This document shows positions 39,229 through 48,047 of a stretch of DNA of 64,000 nucleotides, one piece after another. The stretch's first letter is position 1, and the number at the start of each line of letters is the position of its first letter. The stretch lies in the NCBI GenBank assembly GCA_963675785.1, contig OY776562.1, positions 1,696,001-1,760,000 on the forward strand, read 5' to 3'. The translations under genes and the position numbers were made by a program. The DNA is from Anaerolineae bacterium. GTDB taxonomy: Bacteria; Chloroflexota; Anaerolineae; UBA1429. A model generated the notes under the pieces. That model searched no databases. It had not been told where the DNA came from and worked only from the letters and a program-made list of their open reading frames with translations.

Positions 39229-39287
39229 TCCCTGCACAACGAACGCGCTTTTGTACTGATAGAATCAGTCGAACACGGCGAAAACCC

Positions 39288-39327
39288 AAAAGAGAACATC
39301 CCCGGCCTGCACAGGCCGGGGATGTTC
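39288..39327 (-). terminator. Terminator of SBP copy A
   Basis: gaacatccccggcctg-ca-caggccggggatgttc with an A-run on the left. Confidence 0.8.
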
Positions 39328-39348
39328 CGTCTCAGGAAGCGAATATGC

Positions 39349-41355
39349 TTAGGAATGATCCGCGGGGACGTCCCAGAAGTAGGTCTGGGGGTTGTGTAGA
39401 TCCTCGTCCTCAGTCGTGTCGTCCACTGGCTGGCCATCGAAAGCCAAGTTCTTCATGCCGTTCTTGACGATGCACAGCGCGGGCTTTTCACCTAGTATGC
39501 CAATCATCGGCACCTGCTCGACCCAGATGTCCAAGATGTTCCTGAAATACTGGTTGCGCGCCTCTTCATCAGGTTCAACCACCATCGCCGCATGGTTGTC
39601 CCAGATGTCCCAGATCCAGTGGCCCTCGGGCGGCTCTTCAGCATTAGGATACGTGGCATCCCTGTTGTTGTTCCAGTAAATAGCCCAGGCAGCACACCAG
39701 GGGCGGTCGTTCATGGAACCAATAAAGATCCACGGCGCCACGATCGGCAGTACTGAGCGGTCACCACCCCAGTTCGCCGCTTCGATCTCGTTGGCCTCAT
39801 AGTGCTCTGTATACAGCGAACGCTCGTTGTACTTGTAAGCACAGTTGATGCCTATATCGTTCCAGTACCCAATGGTCAAAAGAGCAACATCCTCACCCAC
39901 TGAGCCGCTCGAGTCAGTGCCTTCGATGGTGAAGGACAACGTGCTGCCATCCGGATACTCGCGGAGGCCATCTCCGTTGGTGTCCACATAACCTGCGCCA
40001 TCCAGCAAGCTCTTGGCCGTCTCTGGATCGTACTCGATGTAACTGTTGCTCAACGCCTCATAGTATTGCGGCGAGACGCTGAGGGGGCTGTACTGACGCG
40101 GTGTGCACTGCCCGTCATACACCAGCTCGTTGATCTCTTCGCGGTTGATAGCCAGCATAAAGGCCTTGCGCACATCCAGGATATTAAAGAACTCGCGCAG
40201 CGGCTCGTTCTTCGTTGTCAGGTTCAGCTGAATGCCATCGTGGCTGGCATTAATACCCACAGCGACTTTGTAATCGCCGCTTGCCTCGCTCTCCTTGAAG
40301 AGGGTATAGTTGCCAACGTCCACGTGACGGTACTGCATGTCGATCTCGCCGTTCACAGCCCACATGTTGAACACGTCAATGGTCTCGAACAAGCGGTGCT
40401 GAACCTTGTCGATGTAGGGCAGCTGCTGTCCGGACTCGTCTACCTGCCAGAAATAGGGGTTGCGGTTCATGATGTGCAGCTCGACAGACAGGTCCGTCTC
40501 TGGCGTCCAGGGGAAGAGTAGCGGCACTTCAGGATTGGTGCGCCAGCTCTCCTGGTTGGTCCAATAGTCAATGGGCGTGCTCAAACCAAGCGCCTCTGCC
40601 GCAGCCTGCAATGTGGCTGCATCGTTAAAGGCGGGGTGGAACTGCTCCAGATAGAAACCGGGATCCTGCGGAAGGTTGCGGGCCAACTCGTAAGCCAACA
40701 ACGGCTTGGGCTCACCATAGGTCAGTGTGAAGGTAAAGTCATCCACAATGCCTAGATCCGCTGCTACTCGTGGAGTGCCCCATCCCCAACGCTCGGATGG
40801 CGTTGAAGTAATGTCCGTATAAGTCTGCACATTGTCCCAATACCACTTGACCCACTCGGTGGTAAACGGTGTGCCGTCACTGTACTTGGTGCCGGCGCGC
40901 AACGTTACTGTCCACACCGTCGCATCATCGTTCAATTCCCAGCTCTCGCACAGGTTGGCACGCAGAGCGAGATCGGGAGTGTACCAAGTCAGCCCTTCGT
41001 TGATAAACTTGGAGGGGCCGTTGCCATCCGATGTACCTTTGAAACCACGGCGCAGCGTGCCGCCATAGTTGCCCACCGATTCCATCACCGGGCATACACA
41101 GGGATTCTCTGGCAAACGATCTTCCACCGCCGGAAGCGTACCCGCCTCAACCATTTCGGCCAGCATTGGGGCTTCTGAGTAGGAGCTCACTACGGGCGCA
41201 GTAGTCGCTGCTGCGGCAGTTGTGGGTGCAGTAGTCGCTGCTGCGGCAGTTGTGGGCTCGGGCTCCTCAGTCGGCTGGGCACAGGCAACCGCTACCGTCG
41301 CAGCAGCTGTTAGTGCCGATACTCGCAAAAACTCTCGACGTGTAATTTCTGACAC
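39349..41355 (-). CDS. Family 5 ABC substrate-binding lipoprotein, Tat-exported (copy A), probably oligosaccharide-binding
   Basis: TRREFL Tat motif, VAVAC lipobox, EAPML...LP.VEDRLPENP, RNPYFWQVD..GQQLPYID. Confidence 0.92.
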   Translation of the reverse strand: MSEITRREFLRVSALTAAATVAVACAQPTEEPEPTTAAAATTAPTTAAAATTAPVVSSYSEAPMLAEMVEAGTLPAVEDRLPENPCVCPVMESVGNYGGTLRRGFKGTSDGNGPSKFINEGLTWYTPDLALRANLCESWELNDDATVWTVTLRAGTKYSDGTPFTTEWVKWYWDNVQTYTDITSTPSERWGWGTPRVAADLGIVDDFTFTLTYGEPKPLLAYELARNLPQDPGFYLEQFHPAFNDAATLQAAAEALGLSTPIDYWTNQESWRTNPEVPLLFPWTPETDLSVELHIMNRNPYFWQVDESGQQLPYIDKVQHRLFETIDVFNMWAVNGEIDMQYRHVDVGNYTLFKESEASGDYKVAVGINASHDGIQLNLTTKNEPLREFFNILDVRKAFMLAINREEINELVYDGQCTPRQYSPLSVSPQYYEALSNSYIEYDPETAKSLLDGAGYVDTNGDGLREYPDGSTLSFTIEGTDSSGSVGEDVALLTIGYWNDIGINCAYKYNERSLYTEHYEANEIEAANWGGDRSVLPIVAPWIFIGSMNDRPWCAAWAIYWNNNRDATYPNAEEPPEGHWIWDIWDNHAAMVVEPDEEARNQYFRNILDIWVEQVPMIGILGEKPALCIVKNGMKNLAFDGQPVDDTTEDEDLHNPQTYFWDVPADHS
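41198..41256 (-). repeat. 30-bp tandem repeat encoding the PTTAAAATTA linker (also in copy B at about 43488-43546)
   Basis: gcagtagtcgctgctgcggcagttgtggg occurs twice in tandem. Confidence 0.9.
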
Positions 41356-41461
41356 CTTTTTCCTCCTCGTCGGGCAGAAAGCGCCGAGTCATCTCTATTT
41401 TCCTCCGCCGCCCCGCCCATGCCTAAGCAATTTAGGCATTTAGAACAACAATATGGCGAGT

Positions 41462-41489
41462 GTTATAGCCTATGTTATAGGCATGTCAA
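41462..41489 (-). promoter_or_regulatory. Promoter of SBP copy A with a palindromic spacer
   Basis: Minus strand TTGACA-tgcctataacataggc-TATAAC; the spacer holds the gcctat/ataggc inverted repeat; gcttgacatgccta also lies upstream of copy B (about 43749-43762). Confidence 0.55.
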
Positions 41490-41577
41490 GCAAAAAAAGG
41501 GACGAATTTTATGATTTTCTGAAATTGCTCGTACTTGCCTTGCAACTAATGGTGACAGGAGTGACAACTCTCCCACA

Positions 41578-41617
41578 AAAAGAGAACATCCCCGGCCTGC
41601 ACAGGCCGGGGATGTTC
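41578..41617 (-). terminator. Terminator of SBP copy B
   Basis: Identical to the copy A terminator. Confidence 0.8.
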
Positions 41618-41638
41618 CGTCTCAGGAAGCGAATATGC

Positions 41639-43645
41639 TTAGGAATGATCCGCAGGGACGTCCCAGAAGTAGGTCTGGGTGTTATGGAGATGCTCGTCCT
41701 CAATGGTGTCATCCACTGGCTGGCCGTCAAAAGCAACGTTCTGCAGACCATTCTTGACGATGCATGGAGCCGGCTTTTCGCCCAGGATACCAATCATCGG
41801 CACCTGCTCGACCCAGATGTCCAAGATATTCTTGAAATACTGGTTGCGCGCCTCTTCATCAGCCTCAACCACCATCGCCGCATGGTTGTCCCAGATGTCC
41901 CAGATCCAATGGCCTGCGGGCGGCTCTTCGGCATTAGGATACGTGGCATCCTTGTTGTTGTTCCAGTAAATAGCCCAGGCAGCACACCAGGGGCGGTCGG
42001 TCATAGAGCCAATAAAGATCCACGGTGCCACGATCGGCAGTACTGAGCGGTCACCACCCCAGTTTGCCGCTTCGATCTCGTTGGCCTCATAGTGCTCTGT
42101 GTACAGCGAACGCTCATTGTACTTGTAAGCACAGTTGATGCCTATAGCGTTCAGGTAACCGATAGCCAAAAGGGCGACATCCTCACCCACTGAGCCGCTC
42201 GAGTCAGTGCCTTCGATGGTGAAGGACAACGTGCTGCCATCCGGATACTCGCGGAAACCGTCTCCGTTGGTATCCAAATAACCTGCACCGTCCAACAAGC
42301 TCTTGGCCGTCTCTGGATCGTACTCGATGTAGCCGTTGGTCAACGCCTCATAGTATTGCGGCGAAGCACTGAGGGGGCTGTACTGACGCGGTGTGCACTG
42401 ACCGTCATACACCAATTCGTTGATCTCTTCGCGGTTGATAGCCAGCATAAAGGCCTTGCGCACATCCAGGATATTAAAGAACTCGCGCAGCGGCTCGTTC
42501 TTCGTTGTCAGGTTCAGCTGAATGGCATCGTGGCTGGCACTGATACCCAGAGCAACCTTGTAATCGCCGCTCTCTTCGCTCTCCTTGAAGAGGGTATAGT
42601 TGCCAATGTCCACGCTGCGGTTCTGCATGTCGATCTCGCCGTTCACGATCCACATGTTGAACACGTCGATGGTCTCATACAGACGGTGCTGAATTTTGTC
42701 GATGTAGGGCAACTGCTGCCCGGACTCATCTACCTGCCAGAAATAGGGGTTGCGGTTCATGATGTGCAGCTCGACAGACAGGTCCGTCTCTGGCGTCCAG
42801 GGGAAGAGTAGCGGCACTTCAGGATTGGTGCGCCAGCTCTCCCGATTGCTCCAATAGTCGGTAGGCGAGCTCAAACCAAGCGCCTCTGCCGCAGCCTGCA
42901 ATGTGGCTGCATCGTTAAAGGCGGGGTGGAACTGCTCCAGATAGAAACCGGGTACCTGCGGAATGTTACGGGCAAACTCAAAGGCCAACAACGGCTTGGG
43001 CTCACCATAGGTCAGTGTGAAGGTAAAGTCATCCACAATGCCTAGATCCGCTGCTACACGCGGGCTGCCCCAACCCCAACGCTCGGATGGCGTTGATGTG
43101 ATATCTGTATAGGTCTGCACATTGTCCCAATACCACTTGACCCACTCGGTGGTAAACGGTGTGCCGTCACTGTACTTGGTGCCGGCGCGCAACGTTACTG
43201 TCCACACGGTAGCATCGTCGTTTATCTCCCAGCTCTCGCACAGGTTGGCACGCAGAGCGAGCTCAGGAGTGTACCAAGTCAGACCTTCGTTGATCAACTT
43301 GGAGGGGCCGTTGCCATCCGATGTACCTTTGAAACCACGGCGCAGCGTGCCGCCATAGTTGCCCACCGATTCCATCACCGGGCATACACAGGGATTCTCT
43401 GGCAAACGATCTTCCACCGCCGGAAGCGTACCGGCCTCAACCATTTCGGCCAGCATTGGGGCTTCTGAGAAGGAACTCACTACAGGCGCAGTAGTCGCTG
43501 CTGCGGCAGTTGTGGGTGCAGTAGTCGCTGCTGCGGCAGTTGTGGGCTCGGGCTCCTCAGTCGGCTGGGCACAGGCAACCGCTACCGTCGCAGCAGCTGT
43601 TAGTGCCGATACTCGCAAAAACTCTCGACGCGTTACCTTGGGCAT
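41639..43645 (-). CDS. Family 5 ABC substrate-binding lipoprotein, Tat-exported (copy B)
   Basis: 668 aa, collinear with copy A; roughly 45 substitutions by hand count. Confidence 0.92.
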   Translation of the reverse strand: MPKVTRREFLRVSALTAAATVAVACAQPTEEPEPTTAAAATTAPTTAAAATTAPVVSSFSEAPMLAEMVEAGTLPAVEDRLPENPCVCPVMESVGNYGGTLRRGFKGTSDGNGPSKLINEGLTWYTPELALRANLCESWEINDDATVWTVTLRAGTKYSDGTPFTTEWVKWYWDNVQTYTDITSTPSERWGWGSPRVAADLGIVDDFTFTLTYGEPKPLLAFEFARNIPQVPGFYLEQFHPAFNDAATLQAAAEALGLSSPTDYWSNRESWRTNPEVPLLFPWTPETDLSVELHIMNRNPYFWQVDESGQQLPYIDKIQHRLYETIDVFNMWIVNGEIDMQNRSVDIGNYTLFKESEESGDYKVALGISASHDAIQLNLTTKNEPLREFFNILDVRKAFMLAINREEINELVYDGQCTPRQYSPLSASPQYYEALTNGYIEYDPETAKSLLDGAGYLDTNGDGFREYPDGSTLSFTIEGTDSSGSVGEDVALLAIGYLNAIGINCAYKYNERSLYTEHYEANEIEAANWGGDRSVLPIVAPWIFIGSMTDRPWCAAWAIYWNNNKDATYPNAEEPPAGHWIWDIWDNHAAMVVEADEEARNQYFKNILDIWVEQVPMIGILGEKPAPCIVKNGLQNVAFDGQPVDDTIEDEHLHNTQTYFWDVPADHS

Positions 43646-43851
43646 TTTCTTCTCCTCGTTGTGTGGCCGGTACCAAAGCGCCTCGTTGCGCGCCTCGGTA
43701 TCCGCACCAATGCTTAGGTAATAATACCTATTTTTTATATGAATAAAGTAGGCATGTCAAGCTCTGGAATGACTAAATTGTTTATTTCTAGTTAATATCA
43801 TAGGCCACTTTACCGATACAAAAGTTCTGATAAACTACGGGAGGAGGTGCA

Positions 43852-44259
43852 ATGCTTGTAGGAAATCTCACCCTAAACGATCAAGCTATTGAGGAGCGCT
43901 TTGTTCGCGCTTCGGGGCCGGGCGGTCAAAATGTCAACAAAGTCGCCACGGCAGTGCAACTGCGCCTAAACCTCTCCGAATCTGGATTACCGCTAGATGT
44001 GCGCCAGCGACTAGAGCGCCTGGCTGGCTCACGCCTCACCCAAGAAGGCGTGCTGATCATTGATGCCCAGCGCTTTCGCACACTGGAGCAAAACCGGGAG
44101 GACGCCCGCAACCGCCTGACCGAGCTGGTCGAGCGTGCTGCCAAACCCCCTCGAAAGCGTCGCCCCACTCGTCCCACGCTGGCTTCTCGTCAGCGTCGCC
44201 TCGACAAAAAGCGCCATACCGCAGAGAAAAAACAGCTTCGCAGACGCGTCAATTCCTGA
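43852..44259 (+). CDS. arfB: Alternative ribosome rescue peptidyl-tRNA hydrolase ArfB
   Basis: RASGPGGQNVNKVATAVQLR, basic C-terminal tail RRPTRPT. Confidence 0.95.
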   Translation: MLVGNLTLNDQAIEERFVRASGPGGQNVNKVATAVQLRLNLSESGLPLDVRQRLERLAGSRLTQEGVLIIDAQRFRTLEQNREDARNRLTELVERAAKPPRKRRPTRPTLASRQRRLDKKRHTAEKKQLRRRVNS

Positions 44260-44424
44260 CCTGCTGTGCAACCACGCCCCAACAGGTTCTACATCTTTTC
44301 TAAACAAGTTGGCTGTACTCTATAGTTTAGAAAACCCACCCATTGGACTGTAAAACTGATTCTGTATCCTTTTCAAAGGTCCCCACAGGCTGGCGAAGAG
44401 ATGGATTGCATCAGGAGAAAGTAA

Positions 44425-45777
44425 ATGAAGAAAACCATCAGAAACACTGTTGTCTTGGCACTAGTCGCCCTACTCACCATTGGCTCAGTTCTGCCCGTTT
44501 TTGCGGATGAATCCACTGCCTTTGTGGCCGCTCGGGGTACTACATACTATACCTTTGACTATGCTGGTGATGAAAGCGACATCACCATTGAAGCATACGC
44601 CACACCAGGTGATGCTAACGCCATGAGCGCATTTGAGCTCAAGCTCCTCGGCCCCGATGGCTCTGTGCTCGAAAACGGCGAGGCTGGCGAGGCTGTCTAC
44701 ACCATCGAAACATCGAGTGATGAAGCTGGCACCTACACCCTCGTCTTTACCAACTATCACGAAGATCTCCCCATTACTGTTACCCTGTTCGTAAATGGTG
44801 ATAGCGTTTCTAATCTGCTCTCTGCTTCGGCCGCAGCAGAAGCTGTAGTGTCTGAAGAAGTGATAGAAGAAGAAACTACAGAAGAAGAGACCACCGTAGA
44901 AGAAGCTGTTGCTGAAGAAGAAACCGCAAGCACCGAGACCGCTGGTACGGCCTTCCCAGCTACAACGACCTCTGATGGTGAAGCTGCTTACGGGCCCTGG
45001 TGGGTTGCCACTGGCCGCGCTTTTACCTATGCCATATTTGAGTATGCCGGCGACGAGAGCACTGCGACTGTAGAGCTCGGTGTGAACCCCGGTGATGCCA
45101 ACGCTATGAGCGCTGTCGTCCTCAAGATTTATGACGCCGATGGCGAACTGGTTGCCACTGGTGAGGCTGACGATGCCATGTATATTGCCGAAATCGAGAG
45201 TGATGTTGCAGGCACCTATGTGATTGAAGCCATTAGCTACAATGCGGACCTGCCCCTGGGCCTTAGCGTCGTGGTCAAGGGTGATGGCGTCAGCGGCGCT
45301 GCGGGCATTTCTGCCGGCGGAGAGCAGATGGACATCATGGATCTGATAGAACTCTCTGCTGCAGAAGCAGGCACCACCACTGTAACCGAAGAGACTGAAG
45401 CTGAAGAAACAGAAGAGGCCGACACCGAGACCATCGAGAGCACAGTAACCGCTGGCTCCCCCGTCTGGTTCAACCTGGACAAGGGCTTTGCCGAATACAC
45501 CTTTGACTATGCCGGCACTTCCGACGAGATCACCATCGAAGTCTGGCCGATCCCGGGCGATGCCCTGGCCATGAGCGGTGTCAACGTCAAATTGTTTGCC
45601 CCGGATGGCTCGCTGGTTGACGTAGCTACTTCTGGCGATGCCGTGTACACCATCGAAGCCACTATCTCAACCAATGGCACATATACCATCGAAGTCGCCA
45701 ACTATCACGAAGAACTACCGCTCACCTTCTGCCTCAAGGTGACTGGCTCGAACGTCGGCACAGTAGCTGCCGAATAA
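44425..45777 (+). CDS. Secreted, very acidic protein with three ~95-aa beta-rich repeats (PPC-like) joined by Glu/Thr linkers
   Basis: Signal peptide ..PVFA; three copies of F(D/E)YAG..PGDA.AMS...K...DG......G....Y..E.....GTY.....Y...LP. Confidence 0.75.
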   Translation: MKKTIRNTVVLALVALLTIGSVLPVFADESTAFVAARGTTYYTFDYAGDESDITIEAYATPGDANAMSAFELKLLGPDGSVLENGEAGEAVYTIETSSDEAGTYTLVFTNYHEDLPITVTLFVNGDSVSNLLSASAAAEAVVSEEVIEEETTEEETTVEEAVAEEETASTETAGTAFPATTTSDGEAAYGPWWVATGRAFTYAIFEYAGDESTATVELGVNPGDANAMSAVVLKIYDADGELVATGEADDAMYIAEIESDVAGTYVIEAISYNADLPLGLSVVVKGDGVSGAAGISAGGEQMDIMDLIELSAAEAGTTTVTEETEAEETEEADTETIESTVTAGSPVWFNLDKGFAEYTFDYAGTSDEITIEVWPIPGDALAMSGVNVKLFAPDGSLVDVATSGDAVYTIEATISTNGTYTIEVANYHEELPLTFCLKVTGSNVGTVAAE

Positions 45778-45809
45778 CACGGTCAATTCAATAAAAAGCA
45801 AGCAGTTCG

Positions 45810-45840
45810 AGACCCCCGCAGTGTGCGGGGGTCTTTCTTT
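45810..45840 (+). terminator. Rho-independent terminator
   Basis: agacccccgca-gtg-tgcgggggtct followed by ttcttt. Confidence 0.8.
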
Positions 45841-45931
45841 GTATACAAAAGCAGTAGACTCTTGATTGCAGCACTCTACGTTATGTACAATAGCAACACG
45901 TTTTTATCGTCTACCAGAGAGGACACCCTTT

Positions 45932-47248
45932 GTGCAGAAATTGACTCGCCTGCTGCTCACACTCGCCCTGCTTTTGATTTCCCTAACCGATGTGGCGCTT
46001 GCCAGCCCTGCAACGACATCCTCCGATAACAACTCGTCTGGCGCCTTGATAGATCTGAGCGATATCACCATAAAGGCTGAACAGCCTTACTATCGCGGCA
46101 ATGAGGTTTATACCGGCACACTACAAAGTGTTTACTTGATCAGCAATCCCCAAGGCATAACAGGTCTGGAAGAGACCCCCGATGACTTGGCCAACTATTC
46201 CGTCGAGATTCTCAGCCAAACGAGTACCAGCGTAGAGGTGCGTGTAACCAGCGAGCTTTATGTAAATACCAATCAGGCCTTTCCCATACAAGCTTCGAGC
46301 ATTCCAGATGAACTAGAGCTATATTTGCTACCCACCGACATGGCTCAGAGCGATGATTCAACGATCGTCGCTCTGGCCAATGAGCTCTCGGCAGGCTGCA
46401 CCCTCGAAGGGCAAGTAGTCGACGCGGTCATTGCGTGGGTACGAAGTCATATTGATTATGATTATTACAACGAATATGACACCGATGCTGTATCAGTATT
46501 GGAAAACAAAAAGGCCACATGCGCCGGTTTCATGTTCCTATCACAAGCTCTGCTAAGAGCTTCTGGTATCCCCACCCGCTACACAGCCGGAGCCGCTACT
46601 CCCTATGGCTTTACCAATGACCCCGCTGGCGGGCCTCATGGCTGGATCGAAGTTTATTATCCTGACGCTGGCTGGGTGCCCTGTGATCCTGAAACTTCTG
46701 CAAACTATGTCGATAGCTCCGTCATCCGTGGTGGCTTTGATCAATGCGGCGACACCGGCACCGTTATCGAGCGTACCTCGTTTGTTGACAGTACCGAACT
46801 TCTTTATCGCCTCAAGCTCCCCTATGACGATTTGCCCGACTGGGCCTACACCAGTGGCTATATCACCTCCGCATCTATATCGAGCTGGAACCGTCAGCCT
46901 CTCTCGATTACGCCAACACCGCTTTTCATCCTGGATGTGGATGTCCCTCAGGGTGAGTTCATTGGCACTGTAACCTCAAACAGCAGCTATGATTACTGGC
47001 GCGCCAGCGAGAGCTGCAGCTGGCTGAGCATCAGTGTGAATCAGGGAATGCGCGGCGATAAAATAGGGATCACAGTGGATGCAACCGGGATGACCCCCGG
47101 TATTTATGAAACCGCTCTCACCTTTACAGATGGTCAATTGCTGGAAGGCATTGCCTGGAAGGCTGGGCCGGCCACGTGCACGCTACCCGCCACACTGATC
47201 ATCATGGAAGATGTGAACGAGGTCTATTTACCGCGCATCAGCAAATAG
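45932..47248 (+). CDS. Secreted transglutaminase-like cysteine protease domain protein with a C-terminal BACON-like domain
   Basis: Signal peptide ..VALA; triad ATCAGF..LLRASGIPTR, HGWIEVY, W.PCDP; SWLSIS..ITVDATGM..G.Y; ends YLPRISK. Confidence 0.82.
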   Translation: MQKLTRLLLTLALLLISLTDVALASPATTSSDNNSSGALIDLSDITIKAEQPYYRGNEVYTGTLQSVYLISNPQGITGLEETPDDLANYSVEILSQTSTSVEVRVTSELYVNTNQAFPIQASSIPDELELYLLPTDMAQSDDSTIVALANELSAGCTLEGQVVDAVIAWVRSHIDYDYYNEYDTDAVSVLENKKATCAGFMFLSQALLRASGIPTRYTAGAATPYGFTNDPAGGPHGWIEVYYPDAGWVPCDPETSANYVDSSVIRGGFDQCGDTGTVIERTSFVDSTELLYRLKLPYDDLPDWAYTSGYITSASISSWNRQPLSITPTPLFILDVDVPQGEFIGTVTSNSSYDYWRASESCSWLSISVNQGMRGDKIGITVDATGMTPGIYETALTFTDGQLLEGIAWKAGPATCTLPATLIIMEDVNEVYLPRISK

Positions 47249-47276
47249 CCTCGTCCTTTTGATCTCGACAAACGGC

Positions 47277-47313
47277 AAAAAGAAGAAAGCCTCTGCAAAA
47301 GCAGAGGCTTTCT
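47277..47313. terminator. Terminator between convergent transcripts (U-tract strongest on the minus strand)
   Basis: aaaaaga-agaaagcctctgc-aaaa-gcagaggctttct. Confidence 0.8.
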
Positions 47314-47334
47314 CATTCGTCAGTGATTACAAAT

Positions 47335-47412
47335 TGGGTGCCCTGGCACTCCCCGCCAGATAACTCGGAAACCCGAGTTACCGGATACGAGGAGATGGTG
47401 CCAGGGCACTCA
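47335..47412 (-). ncRNA. Unassigned ~78-nt extended hairpin (candidate structured RNA)
   Basis: Outer stem gtgccctggcac/gtgccagggcac, middle stem ctcctcg/cggggag, apical stem taactcgg/ccgagtta. Confidence 0.45.
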
Positions 47413-47431
47413 TAGTAGAGCTATGTTGCAT
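47378..47431 (-). CDS. Candidate 17-aa small ORF MQHSSTMSALAPSPRIR
   Basis: GAAAGGAGGTG Shine-Dalgarno at ideal spacing from the ATG; the ORF runs up the 5' arm of the hairpin. Confidence 0.4.
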   Translation of the reverse strand: MQHSSTMSALAPSPRIR

Positions 47432-47490
47432 GCACACCACCTCCTTTCCTTACTAGGATAGGAGAAGCTTAGCAGAGCGAATTCACTGTG

Positions 47491-47793
47491 TCAAGTACGC
47501 ACCAAAGAGTTCACTTCGCCCCCAAACGTCTCTACTTGCCCATCCGCCCGCTCATCAAGATTCCAGGTGACGCGATTGACCACATAGCGATACTCGAATT
47601 CTTTGTCGCGAGGCAGCTCTAGCGTAACCCGCCAGGGTGAATCAGAAGCCTCCGGTCGGTGCAAAGGCAGTGAATTATGGCTCCAGCCGTTGAAATCACC
47701 AGCCAAACAGACTGATTCGCACCAAGGCGTCTGGGGGAATTCAAACGTCACGCTCACTGTATCTTCTCTGGATCCTTGATTTTTCCTCAACAT
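47491..47793 (-). CDS. Stand-alone CBM48 / isoamylase early-set domain protein
   Basis: VTF..V.LAGDFNGW..W...LEL....FEYRYVVN...W..D.RAD..NSLV. Confidence 0.85.
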   Translation of the reverse strand: MLRKNQGSREDTVSVTFEFPQTPWCESVCLAGDFNGWSHNSLPLHRPEASDSPWRVTLELPRDKEFEYRYVVNRVTWNLDERADGQVETFGGEVNSLVRT

Positions 47794-47830
47794 ATTGCAC
47801 CCCACAGAATACAGCCCTTGTACATCCTCA

Positions 47831-47860
47831 ATTTTATCAGTAGTATGTAGGTTATGTCAA
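47831..47860 (-). promoter_or_regulatory. Sigma70-type promoter of the CBM48 gene
   Basis: Minus strand TTGACA-18nt-TAAAAT. Confidence 0.55.
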
Positions 47861-47892
47861 TCAAAATTCATTAACAAGTTGTTCACAATCGC

Positions 47893-47921
47893 TTGACAGG
47901 CGCTCTTTCTAGTGTTAATGT
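47893..47921 (+). promoter_or_regulatory. Sigma70-type promoter of the ABC importer operon
   Basis: TTGACA-17nt-TAATGT with extended TG. Confidence 0.6.
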
Positions 47922-47929
47922 ATCTGCAA

Positions 47930-47964
47930 TGAGAGCGCTCCCACTCAATCAAAGAGCGCTCCTT
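47930..47964. promoter_or_regulatory. Two tandem LacI-family operators
   Basis: TGAGAGCGCTCCCA (47930-47943) and AAAGAGCGCTCCTT (47951-47964); CG-centred palindromes 21 bp apart, just downstream of the promoter. Confidence 0.7.
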
Positions 47965-48047
47965 GTTCCAGTCTCTGGGCGTGTTCGTTGATATCTGGTA
48001 TCGATAGTGATCCCAAACCCCACCATCTGGACCCAAGGAGGTCTAAA

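Larger units (their letters stand above)
39288..43631 (-). repeat. Tandem direct duplication with period 2290 bp (SBP gene plus terminator)
   Basis: 39288-41341 matches 41578-43631 without indels; the 3' UTR and terminator are identical. Confidence 0.95.

Noticed and set aside
41453-42046. 197-aa plus-strand ORF spanning the SBP duplication junction
   Set aside because: Antisense shadow of SBP copy B that runs through its terminator; no RBS or recognisable domain.
47871-47888. ttaacaagttgttcacaa as a Rex operator
   Set aside because: Only the right half matches TTGTGAA-N4-TTCACAA.
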